64,000 nucleotides of DNA, taken from NCBI GenBank assembly GCA_003331605.1, contig QOPD01000001.1:19936-83935 (forward strand), written 5' to 3'. Below the pieces are notes generated by a model that was given only the letters and a program-made list of their open reading frames with translations, did not search any database and had not been told where the DNA came from. Origin of the DNA: SAR86 cluster bacterium (GTDB lineage Bacteria > Pseudomonadota > Gammaproteobacteria > Magnimaribacterales > TMED112). Position 1 is the first letter of the stretch. Each line of letters begins with the position of its first letter. Both the position numbers and the translations under genes were made by a program. This document shows positions 48,541 to 57,641 of this stretch, piece by piece.

Positions 48541-49656
48541 TTAGTTTAATGCTTGTATTGATGGAAGCTCTCGGCCACCTAAAAATTCTAGAAATGCCCC
48601 ACCTGCAGTAGATACATAATCGAACTTATCGATACGAGAAAATTTTGTAATAGCAAAAATTGTCTCGCCGCCACCAGCAATCACTTTACTGTTGCTTTTA
48701 GATAAATAAGATACAAGTGAATCTGTACCTTTAGAAAATGCATCTATTTCAAAGATTCCCAGTGGTCCATTCCATAGAATTATTTCTGAAGCGTTTTTTG
48801 AAAAAACTTCTTCATTAAACTCTATATCAAGAATCATTTTATTTTGTGGGACTGAATCAAAACTCACAATCTCAACACTCTCATCAGATGTTGAATCCGC
48901 AACCATAACTTTCCTTGGCAATACTATTTTGCCTGTTGCAAGCATTTGATTAGCAATGCCAAGCATATCGTCTTCACATAATGATCTTCCAATTTCATTG
49001 CCTGCTGCTTTAAGAAAAGTATTAGCAATGCCTCCCCCAACAAGAACTTTTTCAGATTTATTTAATAAATTTGAAATGACTTCTAATTTAGTTGAGACCT
49101 TTGAGCCACCAACAATGCTTGATAAAGAACTTCCCTCTACCAATGCAGAGCTAATATTTTCAACTTCATTTTGAAATAAAATTCCTGCGCAAGCTAAAGT
49201 TGATTTTTTAATCGCTCCGTAAGTTGAAGCTGCTTTCCTATGTGCCGTTGCAAACGCATCCATAACATATATATCAAAACTATTCGCAATCTCATAAGCG
49301 AGCTTATCGCTATTTTTGCTTTCACCATCAAAAAAACGAATATTCTCGATAAAACATAAAGATCCTGGCAAGGATTTAAAGTCTGTACACAGCTGTATAT
49401 CTCTATTGAGTCTTTTTTTAAACCACTCAACAATCGGCTTGATAGAAAACTGCTCATCGTATTTACCTTCATTAGGTCTTCCTAAGTGCGTAATAATGCA
49501 TAAGTTATCAGTTTGCTTCAAGATATGAAGTATCGATGGCAGAGCAGCTGAAAGTCTTTCGCTATTGAGTATCGTTCCATTATCAATAGGGACATTAAGG
49601 TCAACTCTTATACCCACTCTTTTGCCAACAAGCTCAAGATCAACTAAATTTTTCAA
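48541..49656 (-). CDS. pgk: Phosphoglycerate kinase
   Basis: RVDLNVP, FENIRF and STAGGAFLEFL motifs. TTG start. Confidence 0.92.
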   Translation of the reverse strand: MKNLVDLELVGKRVGIRVDLNVPIDNGTILNSERLSAALPSILHILKQTDNLCIITHLGRPNEGKYDEQFSIKPIVEWFKKRLNRDIQLCTDFKSLPGSLCFIENIRFFDGESKNSDKLAYEIANSFDIYVMDAFATAHRKAASTYGAIKKSTLACAGILFQNEVENISSALVEGSSLSSIVGGSKVSTKLEVISNLLNKSEKVLVGGGIANTFLKAAGNEIGRSLCEDDMLGIANQMLATGKIVLPRKVMVADSTSDESVEIVSFDSVPQNKMILDIEFNEEVFSKNASEIILWNGPLGIFEIDAFSKGTDSLVSYLSKSNSKVIAGGGETIFAITKFSRIDKFDYVSTAGGAFLEFLGGRELPSIQALN

Positions 49657-49658
49657 TT

Positions 49659-51623
49659 TTATTTAAGTAGTTTTTTAACTTTTTCTGCAATTTGTGCAGA
49701 CGTGAATCCAAAGTGCTCTAACAAAACATTGCCTGGCGCAGATTCACCAAATGAGCTGATCCCTATAACTTTATTGGTATGCTTATACCAAGAGTTTGGA
49801 TGGCCACATTCAACAACAATATTGATTGTGTCAGCACTAAAAATTTGTCTGTAACTTTCGGGGTTTGACTCTAAAGCCTCTATACATGGAATTGAGCATA
49901 CATTTGTTTTTATCCCCTCTTTGAGCAATATCTCAGAAGCTTTTGTACAAGCAGGCACTTCAGAGCCTGTAGCAATTAAATTTATTTTTGCATCGTCGTT
50001 TTTTTGTAAAAAATATCCACCAGCTTCAACTTCTTTTAAAGTCTTCGATTCTATAGGCTCAAGGTTTTGTCGCGACAAAATTATTGATGTGGGGCCATCA
50101 TTTCTTTTTAATGCAGACTTCCATGCTATAGCAGTTTCCAAGAAAGAGGCTGGACGCCATGTATGCATGTTTGGTGTTGATCTTAGAGTGCTTAAATGCT
50201 CAATTGGTTGATGAGTTGGTCCATCTTCTCCAAGAGCGACAGAATCATGTGAAAAAACATAGATTACTTTTAAGCCCATTAGTGCTGACATACGGACAGC
50301 ATTTCGACCATAGTCCATAAATACTAAAAAAGTACCAGCGTATGGAATGAGACCACCGTGCAATGAGATCCCGTTCATAATGGCATTCATCCCAAACTCT
50401 CTTACTCCATAAAAAACGTAATTACCTGCAGGATCATTAGCAACAGATCTTGAATTACTTGTGTTGGTATTATTTGAGCCTGATAAATCTGCAGACCCAC
50501 CAATTAACTCATCAAGTCTTGGTGAGAGAAACTCCAAAACATTTTGTGAGGCTTTTCGAGTAGCAACTTTTTCCGGGGTTCTGCTTATTTGCAAAATAAA
50601 ATTATCAAGCTCTGAAAACAGATCATCCGGCAACTCATTTTTTTGGAGTCTACTTAAAAGCTCGGATTTTTCTGGTGACTCTAATTTATGCTTATCGCAT
50701 ATCTTGTGCCATTCATCTTCAAGATCTTTTCCATTTTGTTTTGCATCCCAGTCTTTATAAACTTCATCGGGGATTACAAAAGGCTCATATTCCCAATCTA
50801 AATTTTTTCGTAATTTCTCTAAGTGCGTATTGCCCAGTGGAGCGCCATGTGAGCTTGCGCTATCTTGTTTATCACCAGCTCCATACCCTATTGAAGTTTT
50901 ACAAACGATTAGCGTTGGTTTATCAGATTGCTTTGCTTGTTTGATAGCACGATCAATTTCTAGCCTATCGTGACCATCAACCCCATCAATTACATTCCAA
51001 TTATAGGATTTACAGCGCAGAGCGATATCATCCTGATACCACTCAGTAATTTCACCATCGATTGAAATTCCATTGCTATCATAAAAACATATCAGCTTGT
51101 TAAGCTTCATTACACCAGCTAATGACATTGCTTCATGTGAGACTCCTTCCATTAAACAACCATCGCCCAAGAAACAATATGTAAAATGGTCTATTGGGGC
51201 ATGGTTTTCTGAGTTTATTTTTGCAGAAAGAATTTTTTCTGATAGCGCCATTCCTACTGCATTGGCAAGTCCTTGACCAAGAGGACCAGTTGTTGTCTCA
51301 ACGCCTGGCGTTATCTTATATTCTGGATGTCCAGGTGTTTTTGAGTGAAGTTGTCTAAATTTTTTTAGATCCTCGATTGATAGTTCGTAGCCAGTAAGGT
51401 GTAAAAGGCTGTACAACAACATGGAGCCATGCCCATTGGATAAAACAAACCTGTCTCTATTAAACCAGTCAGGGTTAGATGGTGAATGTTTTAAGTGGTC
51501 ACGCCAAAGGACTTCAGCTATATCAGCCATTCCTAGTGGCATCCCAGGGTGACCAGATTGTGCTTGCTCAACAGCATCCGCAGATAATAATCTTAGCGCA
51601 TTAACTGTTTGGTTATTGATCAA
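49659..51623 (-). CDS. tkt: Transketolase
   Basis: SGHPGMPLGMA, GDGCLMEG and GEDGPTHQPIE motifs. TTG start. Confidence 0.95.
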   Translation of the reverse strand: MINNQTVNALRLLSADAVEQAQSGHPGMPLGMADIAEVLWRDHLKHSPSNPDWFNRDRFVLSNGHGSMLLYSLLHLTGYELSIEDLKKFRQLHSKTPGHPEYKITPGVETTTGPLGQGLANAVGMALSEKILSAKINSENHAPIDHFTYCFLGDGCLMEGVSHEAMSLAGVMKLNKLICFYDSNGISIDGEITEWYQDDIALRCKSYNWNVIDGVDGHDRLEIDRAIKQAKQSDKPTLIVCKTSIGYGAGDKQDSASSHGAPLGNTHLEKLRKNLDWEYEPFVIPDEVYKDWDAKQNGKDLEDEWHKICDKHKLESPEKSELLSRLQKNELPDDLFSELDNFILQISRTPEKVATRKASQNVLEFLSPRLDELIGGSADLSGSNNTNTSNSRSVANDPAGNYVFYGVREFGMNAIMNGISLHGGLIPYAGTFLVFMDYGRNAVRMSALMGLKVIYVFSHDSVALGEDGPTHQPIEHLSTLRSTPNMHTWRPASFLETAIAWKSALKRNDGPTSIILSRQNLEPIESKTLKEVEAGGYFLQKNDDAKINLIATGSEVPACTKASEILLKEGIKTNVCSIPCIEALESNPESYRQIFSADTINIVVECGHPNSWYKHTNKVIGISSFGESAPGNVLLEHFGFTSAQIAEKVKKLLK

Positions 51624-51673
51624 CGTGGGTTATCCTTTCAACAATTATATTATTAATGCATTAATTAAAAAGC

Positions 51674-52903
51674 ATGATTGAACAATTAAAGTATCAAAAT
51701 GATGATTTGATTTTAGAGGAAGTTAATTTATCTTCTTTGGTTCATAATTTTGGCAGTCCCTGTTATGTCTATTCTGAAAATCATATCAAAAACAATGTAA
51801 AGGAATATCTCTGCTCTGTTACAGAAAATGATCTAATTTGCTTTGCGGTAAAAGCAAATAGCAACCTTTCAATAATTAAATTGATTGCTGAAATGGGGTG
51901 TGGTTTTGATGTTGTTTCAGGCGGGGAGCTTGAACGTGTAATTGTTGCCGGAGGCGATCCGAACAAAGTTGTTTTCTCTGGAGTTGGAAAAACGGATGAG
52001 GAAATTTCTTATGCGATAAAACATCAAATTAAAAGTATAAATATTGAGTCCAAGTCAGAATTAATAAGAGTTGCAGAAATAGCGAAAAACATAGGCCTTC
52101 AGCAAGATATCGCTTTAAGGATTAACCCTGAAGCTTCACTTGATACGCATCCATATTTAGAGACTGGTGCTCTGTATAACAAATTTGGTATCGCCCTCAA
52201 CGATATCGATTGGTGCTTGAGTTATATAAAAGAAAGCAATAGTCTAAACCTTAGAGGTGTTGCTTTTCATATTGGGTCTGGAATCAAAAAATTCGATGAT
52301 TTTGATCCTGCACTGCACAAGGCTTTAGAAATATTTACAACCATCTCTGATAAAAATAAGCTTGATTTTATTGACGTTGGCGGGGGCTTGTCTCATTATT
52401 CCAACGCAGAATCAATAGGTAGTTTTGTCGCCAAAATACAAGAAAAAATTCCTGAAAATGTAAGCCTTGTAATGGAACCAGGCAAATCAATTGTTGCTAG
52501 AGCCGGCTTTCTTCTCACAAGAGTCACGTATATAAAAAAGTTGGAAAAGAAAATTGCTGTAACTGATGCTGGCATGAATGACATGATAAGAGTGCCACTC
52601 TATGAAGGAAAACACCCTATTTATAATCTACAACAGCGCCCCAAATCATCTGAATCAATAATGATAGTTGGGCCGATTTGTGAATCTGCTGATTATTTTC
52701 AAAAGGATCATGAATTTGAAATTCATGAAAGTGACATTTTAGCAATCGGAGATGTTGGTGCTTACGGATTTAGTATGAGCTCAAACTACAACAGCAGACC
52801 AAGGGTTAGTGAAGTTATGGTAAATGGTAATGATGTAAAACTTATAAGGCTTAGAGAAAACAATAAACAGAATATGGCTCTAGAGATATTTGATGACCAT
52901 TGA
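51674..52903 (+). CDS. lysA: Diaminopimelate decarboxylase
   Basis: FAVKAN (PLP Lys), an EPG motif and GAYGFSMSSNYNSRPR. Confidence 0.92.
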   Translation: MIEQLKYQNDDLILEEVNLSSLVHNFGSPCYVYSENHIKNNVKEYLCSVTENDLICFAVKANSNLSIIKLIAEMGCGFDVVSGGELERVIVAGGDPNKVVFSGVGKTDEEISYAIKHQIKSINIESKSELIRVAEIAKNIGLQQDIALRINPEASLDTHPYLETGALYNKFGIALNDIDWCLSYIKESNSLNLRGVAFHIGSGIKKFDDFDPALHKALEIFTTISDKNKLDFIDVGGGLSHYSNAESIGSFVAKIQEKIPENVSLVMEPGKSIVARAGFLLTRVTYIKKLEKKIAVTDAGMNDMIRVPLYEGKHPIYNLQQRPKSSESIMIVGPICESADYFQKDHEFEIHESDILAIGDVGAYGFSMSSNYNSRPRVSEVMVNGNDVKLIRLRENNKQNMALEIFDDH

Positions 52904-53606
52904 GTTTTCAAAAATGAATTCAAACGGTAATGATTTTCTCATTACAGAGAATCCAAATATTTTTTCTGTCGATATCAATCACATAAGTGATAGAAAAAAT
53001 GGTATTGGCTTTGATCAGATCTTATTGGTAGACCCAATACCTTCCAAATTTAAAGTAAAAATTCTAAATTCAGATGGTTCATCAGCACAAACTTGCTTTA
53101 ACGGTCTGAGATGCATTGCAGGACTATATGATTTGAAGAATCAAATAATAAGCGCGCCTGGTGGAGATGTATTATGTAACTCTGATGGCAAGATGGCATC
53201 TGTTTCCACTGAATTTCCAAAAATAAGAATTCTTGAAAAATTATCTATCGCAAATATTGGCAATAATCATGCGATATATGAGGTGACAGAAATTGATAAC
53301 TACAATCTGGAGAATAGCTATAAAAAGCTCGAACAGAATTCAATATTGCCACCAAATTTCAATTTAAATGTGTATGAGTATATGGGTGATTTTTTTAAAA
53401 TCAGAACATACGAAAATGGAGCTGGAGAAACTAAATCTTGTGGATCAGGCACTGTGTGCACATTTGCAGTGCTCTGTAAAATCAAAGAAATCGATCATGC
53501 TATTTTTTTATCTAAAGGTGGCAAAAGCCATCTAAGAATTGAAAATAATATTATAGTTTCAACAGCACCATACATTCTAGAATATGAAGGAAGTATAGAT
53601 GAATGA
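52893..53606 (+). CDS. dapF: Diaminopimelate epimerase (short)
   Basis: FSKMNSNGNDF. Both catalytic Cys contexts are present (SAQTCFNGLRC and TKSCGSGT). Confidence 0.85.
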   Translation: MTIEFSKMNSNGNDFLITENPNIFSVDINHISDRKNGIGFDQILLVDPIPSKFKVKILNSDGSSAQTCFNGLRCIAGLYDLKNQIISAPGGDVLCNSDGKMASVSTEFPKIRILEKLSIANIGNNHAIYEVTEIDNYNLENSYKKLEQNSILPPNFNLNVYEYMGDFFKIRTYENGAGETKSCGSGTVCTFAVLCKIKEIDHAIFLSKGGKSHLRIENNIIVSTAPYILEYEGSIDE

Positions 53607-54468
53607 TCTAACCCAGGAGCTAACGAGTTTTTTAAAAATAAAAAATTACTCAATCCATACCATTTCTAACTATGAAAGAGATATAACAAGACTTTTAAAA
53701 TTTCTGTCAAAAGAAAATTTAACTATTGAAGATATCAATAAACAAACCACCTCTAAATGGTTAATTGAACTCAGAAGAATGGGCTTAGGCAATAGATCAA
53801 TTAATAGAAACATATCTTCAGTGAAAAATTTTTTTAAGTATATGCAAAAGCTTAATAAGGTTGAGCACAATCCATTTGAAACAATAAAAGCTCCCAAAAT
53901 GGAGGAAAAGTTGCCAAAAACACTTTCGCTTGAAGACGTTGACAGGCTGTTATCATTTCAACCCAAAACAAACTTTGAGTTCAGAGATAAGGCATTTCTT
54001 GAGCTACTGTACTCTTGTGGTCTAAGAGTTTCTGAAGCAGTTAATGTTAATATAACTTCATTTGAGCAAGATTTTTCTTTTGTTAAAGTTTTGGGCAAAG
54101 GAATGAAAGAGCGATTAATTCCTGTTGGCCAGTATGCACAAGAAGCAATATCTGATTGGCTTTCAACAAGAGACAATGTAGTAGATAAAGATGCTCTTTT
54201 TACGAATAAGTATGGAGCCAGAATTTCTGTCAGGGCAATGCAACAAAGATTATGGAAAATTTCACTTTCATTGGGCATGGCTCCAGTACACCCTCATATG
54301 CTAAGACACAGTTTTGCTACCCATATGTTGGAATCTTCTGGAGACCTAAGATCAATTCAAGAAATGCTTGGCCATAGCAGTCTTAGTACAACCCAAATAT
54401 ATACCAAATTAGACTTCCAACAGTTGGTAAAAATTTACGATAAAGCACATCCTCATGCCAAGAAATAA
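53599..54468 (+). CDS. xerC: Tyrosine recombinase XerC (chromosome dimer resolution)
   Basis: RHSFATHML, LGHSSLSTTQIYT and the R..H..R..Y set. dapF-xerC-yigB synteny marks it as the housekeeping recombinase, not a phage integrase. Confidence 0.85.
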   Translation: MNDLTQELTSFLKIKNYSIHTISNYERDITRLLKFLSKENLTIEDINKQTTSKWLIELRRMGLGNRSINRNISSVKNFFKYMQKLNKVEHNPFETIKAPKMEEKLPKTLSLEDVDRLLSFQPKTNFEFRDKAFLELLYSCGLRVSEAVNVNITSFEQDFSFVKVLGKGMKERLIPVGQYAQEAISDWLSTRDNVVDKDALFTNKYGARISVRAMQQRLWKISLSLGMAPVHPHMLRHSFATHMLESSGDLRSIQEMLGHSSLSTTQIYTKLDFQQLVKIYDKAHPHAKK

Positions 54469-55183
54469 ATTAAAACTTATTACCCTAGATTTGGATGACA
54501 CCTTGTGGCCTAACACCAAAGTTGTTGTCGCTGCAGAAAATGCGATGTGGAAATTTATTTTAGGAAAATTTCCAGATTTAAAAGATTCATTTTCAGATAG
54601 TGTAATAAGCGATATAAGAACATCTCTCGTGAAGAAAGATGAAAGTCTTAAATTTGATTTAACAAGATTTAGAAAACAAATTATTAAAGAATTATTGCTT
54701 GATCATGGAGCAGATGAAAGTTCGGCTACTTATTACAGTAATGAGGGGTTTAATGAGTTTTTTAAAGCGAGAAATAAGGTTCAGCTCTATAGGGATGCTA
54801 AGATTATATTAGAGAGGCTGTCACGAAAAGTTAATCTTATATCGCTCTCAAATGGCAATGCAGACCTTAATATTATTGGAATAAGTAATTTTTTTATTGA
54901 TCAAATTTCTTCTAAAGACGTTCAAAGCAATAAACCATCATCTGGACACTTTATTAAAGCTCTTCAAGTGGCGAAATGTGAACCACAAGAAGTTTTACAT
55001 ATTGGAGACTGCCCATTAAACGATATTGGTGGCGCAAGAAATTGTAATTTCAATACTTTATGGTTTAATTGTGAAAAGCGAAAATGGGAAGAAATTGTTC
55101 CCTGTGAATTGCAAGCTAAATCCTGGAAAGAAGTTTACCAGGTGGTAAATAAAAATTTTATTTTGGAGAAAAAAGATGTTTAA
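54455..55183 (+). CDS. HAD-superfamily phosphatase (YigB-like)
   Basis: DLDDTLW motif I, SNGN motif II and GDCPLNDIGGA motif IV. Position after xerC as in E. coli. Confidence 0.6.
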   Translation: MPRNKLKLITLDLDDTLWPNTKVVVAAENAMWKFILGKFPDLKDSFSDSVISDIRTSLVKKDESLKFDLTRFRKQIIKELLLDHGADESSATYYSNEGFNEFFKARNKVQLYRDAKIILERLSRKVNLISLSNGNADLNIIGISNFFIDQISSKDVQSNKPSSGHFIKALQVAKCEPQEVLHIGDCPLNDIGGARNCNFNTLWFNCEKRKWEEIVPCELQAKSWKEVYQVVNKNFILEKKDV

Positions 55184-55346
55184 TCCTTTTGGAATGAATA
55201 AAGACCTAAAAGGCATGGAAAAAATGGTCAAACCAGCATTAGAAAAATTCATGCTTGAATCAGGTTTTGTAAAAAAAGAGGAGCTCAACAAGGCTCTTGA
55301 TAGAATTGCAGAACTAGAAGAAAAGGTTGCGAATCTTGGTGGTTAG
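55176..55346 (+). CDS. Small coiled-coil protein, UbiK/YqiC (BMFP)-like
   Basis: Unlisted 56-codon ORF MFNPFGMNKDLKGMEKMVKPALEKFMLESGFVKKEELNKALDRIAELEEKVANLGG. It has a GGAG SD 7 nt upstream, and its C-terminal V..EEL......I.ELE..V..L resembles the UbiK family. Confidence 0.4.
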   Translation: MFNPFGMNKDLKGMEKMVKPALEKFMLESGFVKKEELNKALDRIAELEEKVANLGG

Positions 55347-55786
55347 TTAGCAGTTAAAGCATCAAGCATATATTGAACTGATTGCTCAATCTCTTCTCTT
55401 GTGCAGTCCATGCAAAGACCTTTTGCTGGCATAGCATTGTATCCATTGTAAGCATTATCAGTTAAAGTTTGCAGGCCCTTATCAAGGCGAGATGCCCATT
55501 GTGCCTGATCACCCAAAAGTGGAGCCCCAGCCAAACCAGCATTATGACAAGCTGCGCAACCTAAATCATAAACAGTTTTGCCATCTCTACCCTCACTAAC
55601 TGCAACTAGTTCAGTTTTGTTGCTTTTGACTCCAACGCCAGGCGTAGATTTTACGCCACAACTTTCATCTTGTTTACAGATTAGGCCTTCCAAGCCTAGT
55701 CTTTTTCTAACTTCATCTTCATAAGGGTCTGAAATTAAATTTGGAGCAAATAGTATAAGTGCTGTGAGGATAATAATTTGCTTCAT
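55343..55786 (-). CDS. Cytochrome c5-type monohaem cytochrome
   Basis: Signal peptide, one CAACH haem site, a Met ligand region (NAMPAKG) and a C-terminal Cys pair (CMDC) as in c5. Confidence 0.75.
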   Translation of the reverse strand: MKQIIILTALILFAPNLISDPYEDEVRKRLGLEGLICKQDESCGVKSTPGVGVKSNKTELVAVSEGRDGKTVYDLGCAACHNAGLAGAPLLGDQAQWASRLDKGLQTLTDNAYNGYNAMPAKGLCMDCTREEIEQSVQYMLDALTAN

Positions 55787-55821
55787 GTCTTATAAATTGT
55801 TTCTAAATTAATTTTTTCAAG

Positions 55822-56397
55822 CTATTTATCCAAAAGAAATAAAATTGTTTCAATTTCTTTTGTTCTATCTCTTTGTCTGTTAACTAAATATATTTTATTA
55901 ACTATTGTTGTTGGTGTCCCAGAAAATTCCACGCCAGAATTAACGAATTTTCTAGGAGTATTAATTGCATTTCTGGCTTTTACTTGAACTCCAAAGGAAT
56001 TAAAAGTTTTAGCAAAACTTTCTTCGTCATAACCATGTCTTTTTGCAAAAGAACGAATATCTTTCTCATTTCTAAAAGTTTTTCTTTGAAGCTGCCAATC
56101 CTCAAAAACTTTTCTGTGAGCTTCTTCTTCAAGTCCGAGAGATTTTATTGTGTAATAAGTTTTAGCAGTAGGCTCATCCCAAAGCGGTATTAGATCAATT
56201 TTTACATTGGGTCTTATTTCTCTAATCTCATCAAGGACTTCTTCATAGGCAAAACAAGCAGGACAACCATACCAAAATACTTCAGTAACCCCATTTTCTT
56301 TGATTAAGCCTTCAGGAATTAAAACATAATCAATCCCTTCTCTAGGCTCCGCAGCAATAAACGAAATAAAGAATAATAAAAATAAAGATCTAATCAT
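55822..56397 (-). CDS. dsbA: Thiol:disulfide oxidoreductase DsbA-like (active site CPAC)
   Basis: Signal peptide, FWYGCPACFAYE thioredoxin motif, and about 190 aa. Sits next to the c4/c5 genes as in Pseudomonas. Confidence 0.75.
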   Translation of the reverse strand: MIRSLFLLFFISFIAAEPREGIDYVLIPEGLIKENGVTEVFWYGCPACFAYEEVLDEIREIRPNVKIDLIPLWDEPTAKTYYTIKSLGLEEEAHRKVFEDWQLQRKTFRNEKDIRSFAKRHGYDEESFAKTFNSFGVQVKARNAINTPRKFVNSGVEFSGTPTTIVNKIYLVNRQRDRTKEIETILFLLDK

Positions 56398-57041
56398 TAA
56401 TACAATCCTGTAATGTAGTTGGATAAGGCCTCAATATCTTCCTCGCTAAGGCGTTGTGAAATTTGGTTCATGATATAGGCATTAGGTCCGCTTATTCTTT
56501 CGCCATTTTTATAGGCCAACAAAGAACTGATTAAGTATTCTTTGTGCTGGCCTCCAAGAGCTGGATAACCCGCTAAAGAATTACCATAACCATTTGCTGC
56601 ATGACATGCCTGACATGAAGGTATGCCTCTTTCATAATCACCAATCTTATAGAGTAATTTTCCTAAAACTAGTGATTCATCATCAGCTGATTGACCCATT
56701 GTCACACTATTATTGGCATAGAAGGCTGCAACATCTTGAAGATCTTCTTCTGAATAGCCATCAAGCAGGCCTTTCATAACTTCAATGTACCTTTCTTCTG
56801 TTTTTATTAACTTTAATTGTTCAAAAAGATAACGCTCATTCTGGCCAGCAATTTTTGGCCAATTACCAACTTGTGAGTTTCCATCGGTCCCATGACATGC
56901 TGCACATACAGCAACTTTTTGAGCTCCTGCATTTGGGTCACCCGTTTCAAAATTGACTGAAGAGGCTTTCTCTGCACCGATGATTGAAAAAGAAATAAGT
57001 AAAAGAAATATCTTAAACATGCGAAAATGATTATATAACAA
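56397..57041 (-). CDS. Dihaem cytochrome c4
   Basis: Signal peptide and two haem motifs, CAACHG and CQACHA, each followed by a Met ligand region. Confidence 0.85.
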   Translation of the reverse strand: MLYNHFRMFKIFLLLISFSIIGAEKASSVNFETGDPNAGAQKVAVCAACHGTDGNSQVGNWPKIAGQNERYLFEQLKLIKTEERYIEVMKGLLDGYSEEDLQDVAAFYANNSVTMGQSADDESLVLGKLLYKIGDYERGIPSCQACHAANGYGNSLAGYPALGGQHKEYLISSLLAYKNGERISGPNAYIMNQISQRLSEEDIEALSNYITGLY

Positions 57042-57065
57042 CTTAGAATTAATTAAATTACTAAG

Positions 57066-57641
57066 ATGAATTTATCCCTCCTAAACTTAAAGTTTGAGAT
57101 CAGTCATGCAACCTATGATCAATTGCATGATCATGATGGAATTGAAATTGCCTTTGTTGGTGCTTCAAATGCAGGAAAATCATCAGCAATTAATGCCATA
57201 AGCTCCAATAAGAAAATTGCTAAAACCAGCAAAAAGCCAGGAAAAACAAAACTATTTAATTTCTTTCAGACAGGAGTCGACTACATAGTGGATTTTCCGG
57301 GCTATGGTTATTCAAAAACATCGAAGAAGCAACAGGACGAATGGGCAATTGAAATACCAAAATATTTTCAAAAAAGAAATAATTTAGTTGCCGCAATAAT
57401 CTTTACAGATATTAGACATCCCTTAAGGCCATCTGATCTTCAAATGATCAATATGTTAGAAAGTTTGGGGGTTAACTACTTTATTGCTCTCACAAAAGCA
57501 GATAAATTAAATGATAGTTCTGTCAGTGATATATTAAATACAATTCAAGAGGACTACCCAAATGCCTTTTCTTTTTCAATAAAGAAACCCATGTTAGTAA
57601 GCTCATTTGTTAAAACGATCAATGAGCTTCTTTCCAGTTAG
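57066..57641 (+). CDS. engB: Ribosome-biogenesis GTPase EngB/YihA
   Basis: G1 GASNAGKSSAIN, G3 DFPGYG and G4 TKADK motifs. Adjacent to polA as in E. coli. Confidence 0.88.
   Translation: MNLSLLNLKFEISHATYDQLHDHDGIEIAFVGASNAGKSSAINAISSNKKIAKTSKKPGKTKLFNFFQTGVDYIVDFPGYGYSKTSKKQQDEWAIEIPKYFQKRNNLVAAIIFTDIRHPLRPSDLQMINMLESLGVNYFIALTKADKLNDSSVSDILNTIQEDYPNAFSFSIKKPMLVSSFVKTINELLSS

Noticed and set aside
51620-51676. My hand count placed the tkt TTG and lysA ATG start codons 1 nt away from the ORF-track coordinates
   Set aside because: This is most likely my own indexing slip. All other anchors I checked agree with the track. Track coordinates were kept and no frameshift is claimed.
53599-54468. 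Tyrosine recombinase as a possible marker of an integrated mobile element
   Set aside because: The dapF-xerC-yigB synteny, the lack of an adjacent tRNA or att-like repeats, and the absence of phage or IS genes identify it as housekeeping XerC.
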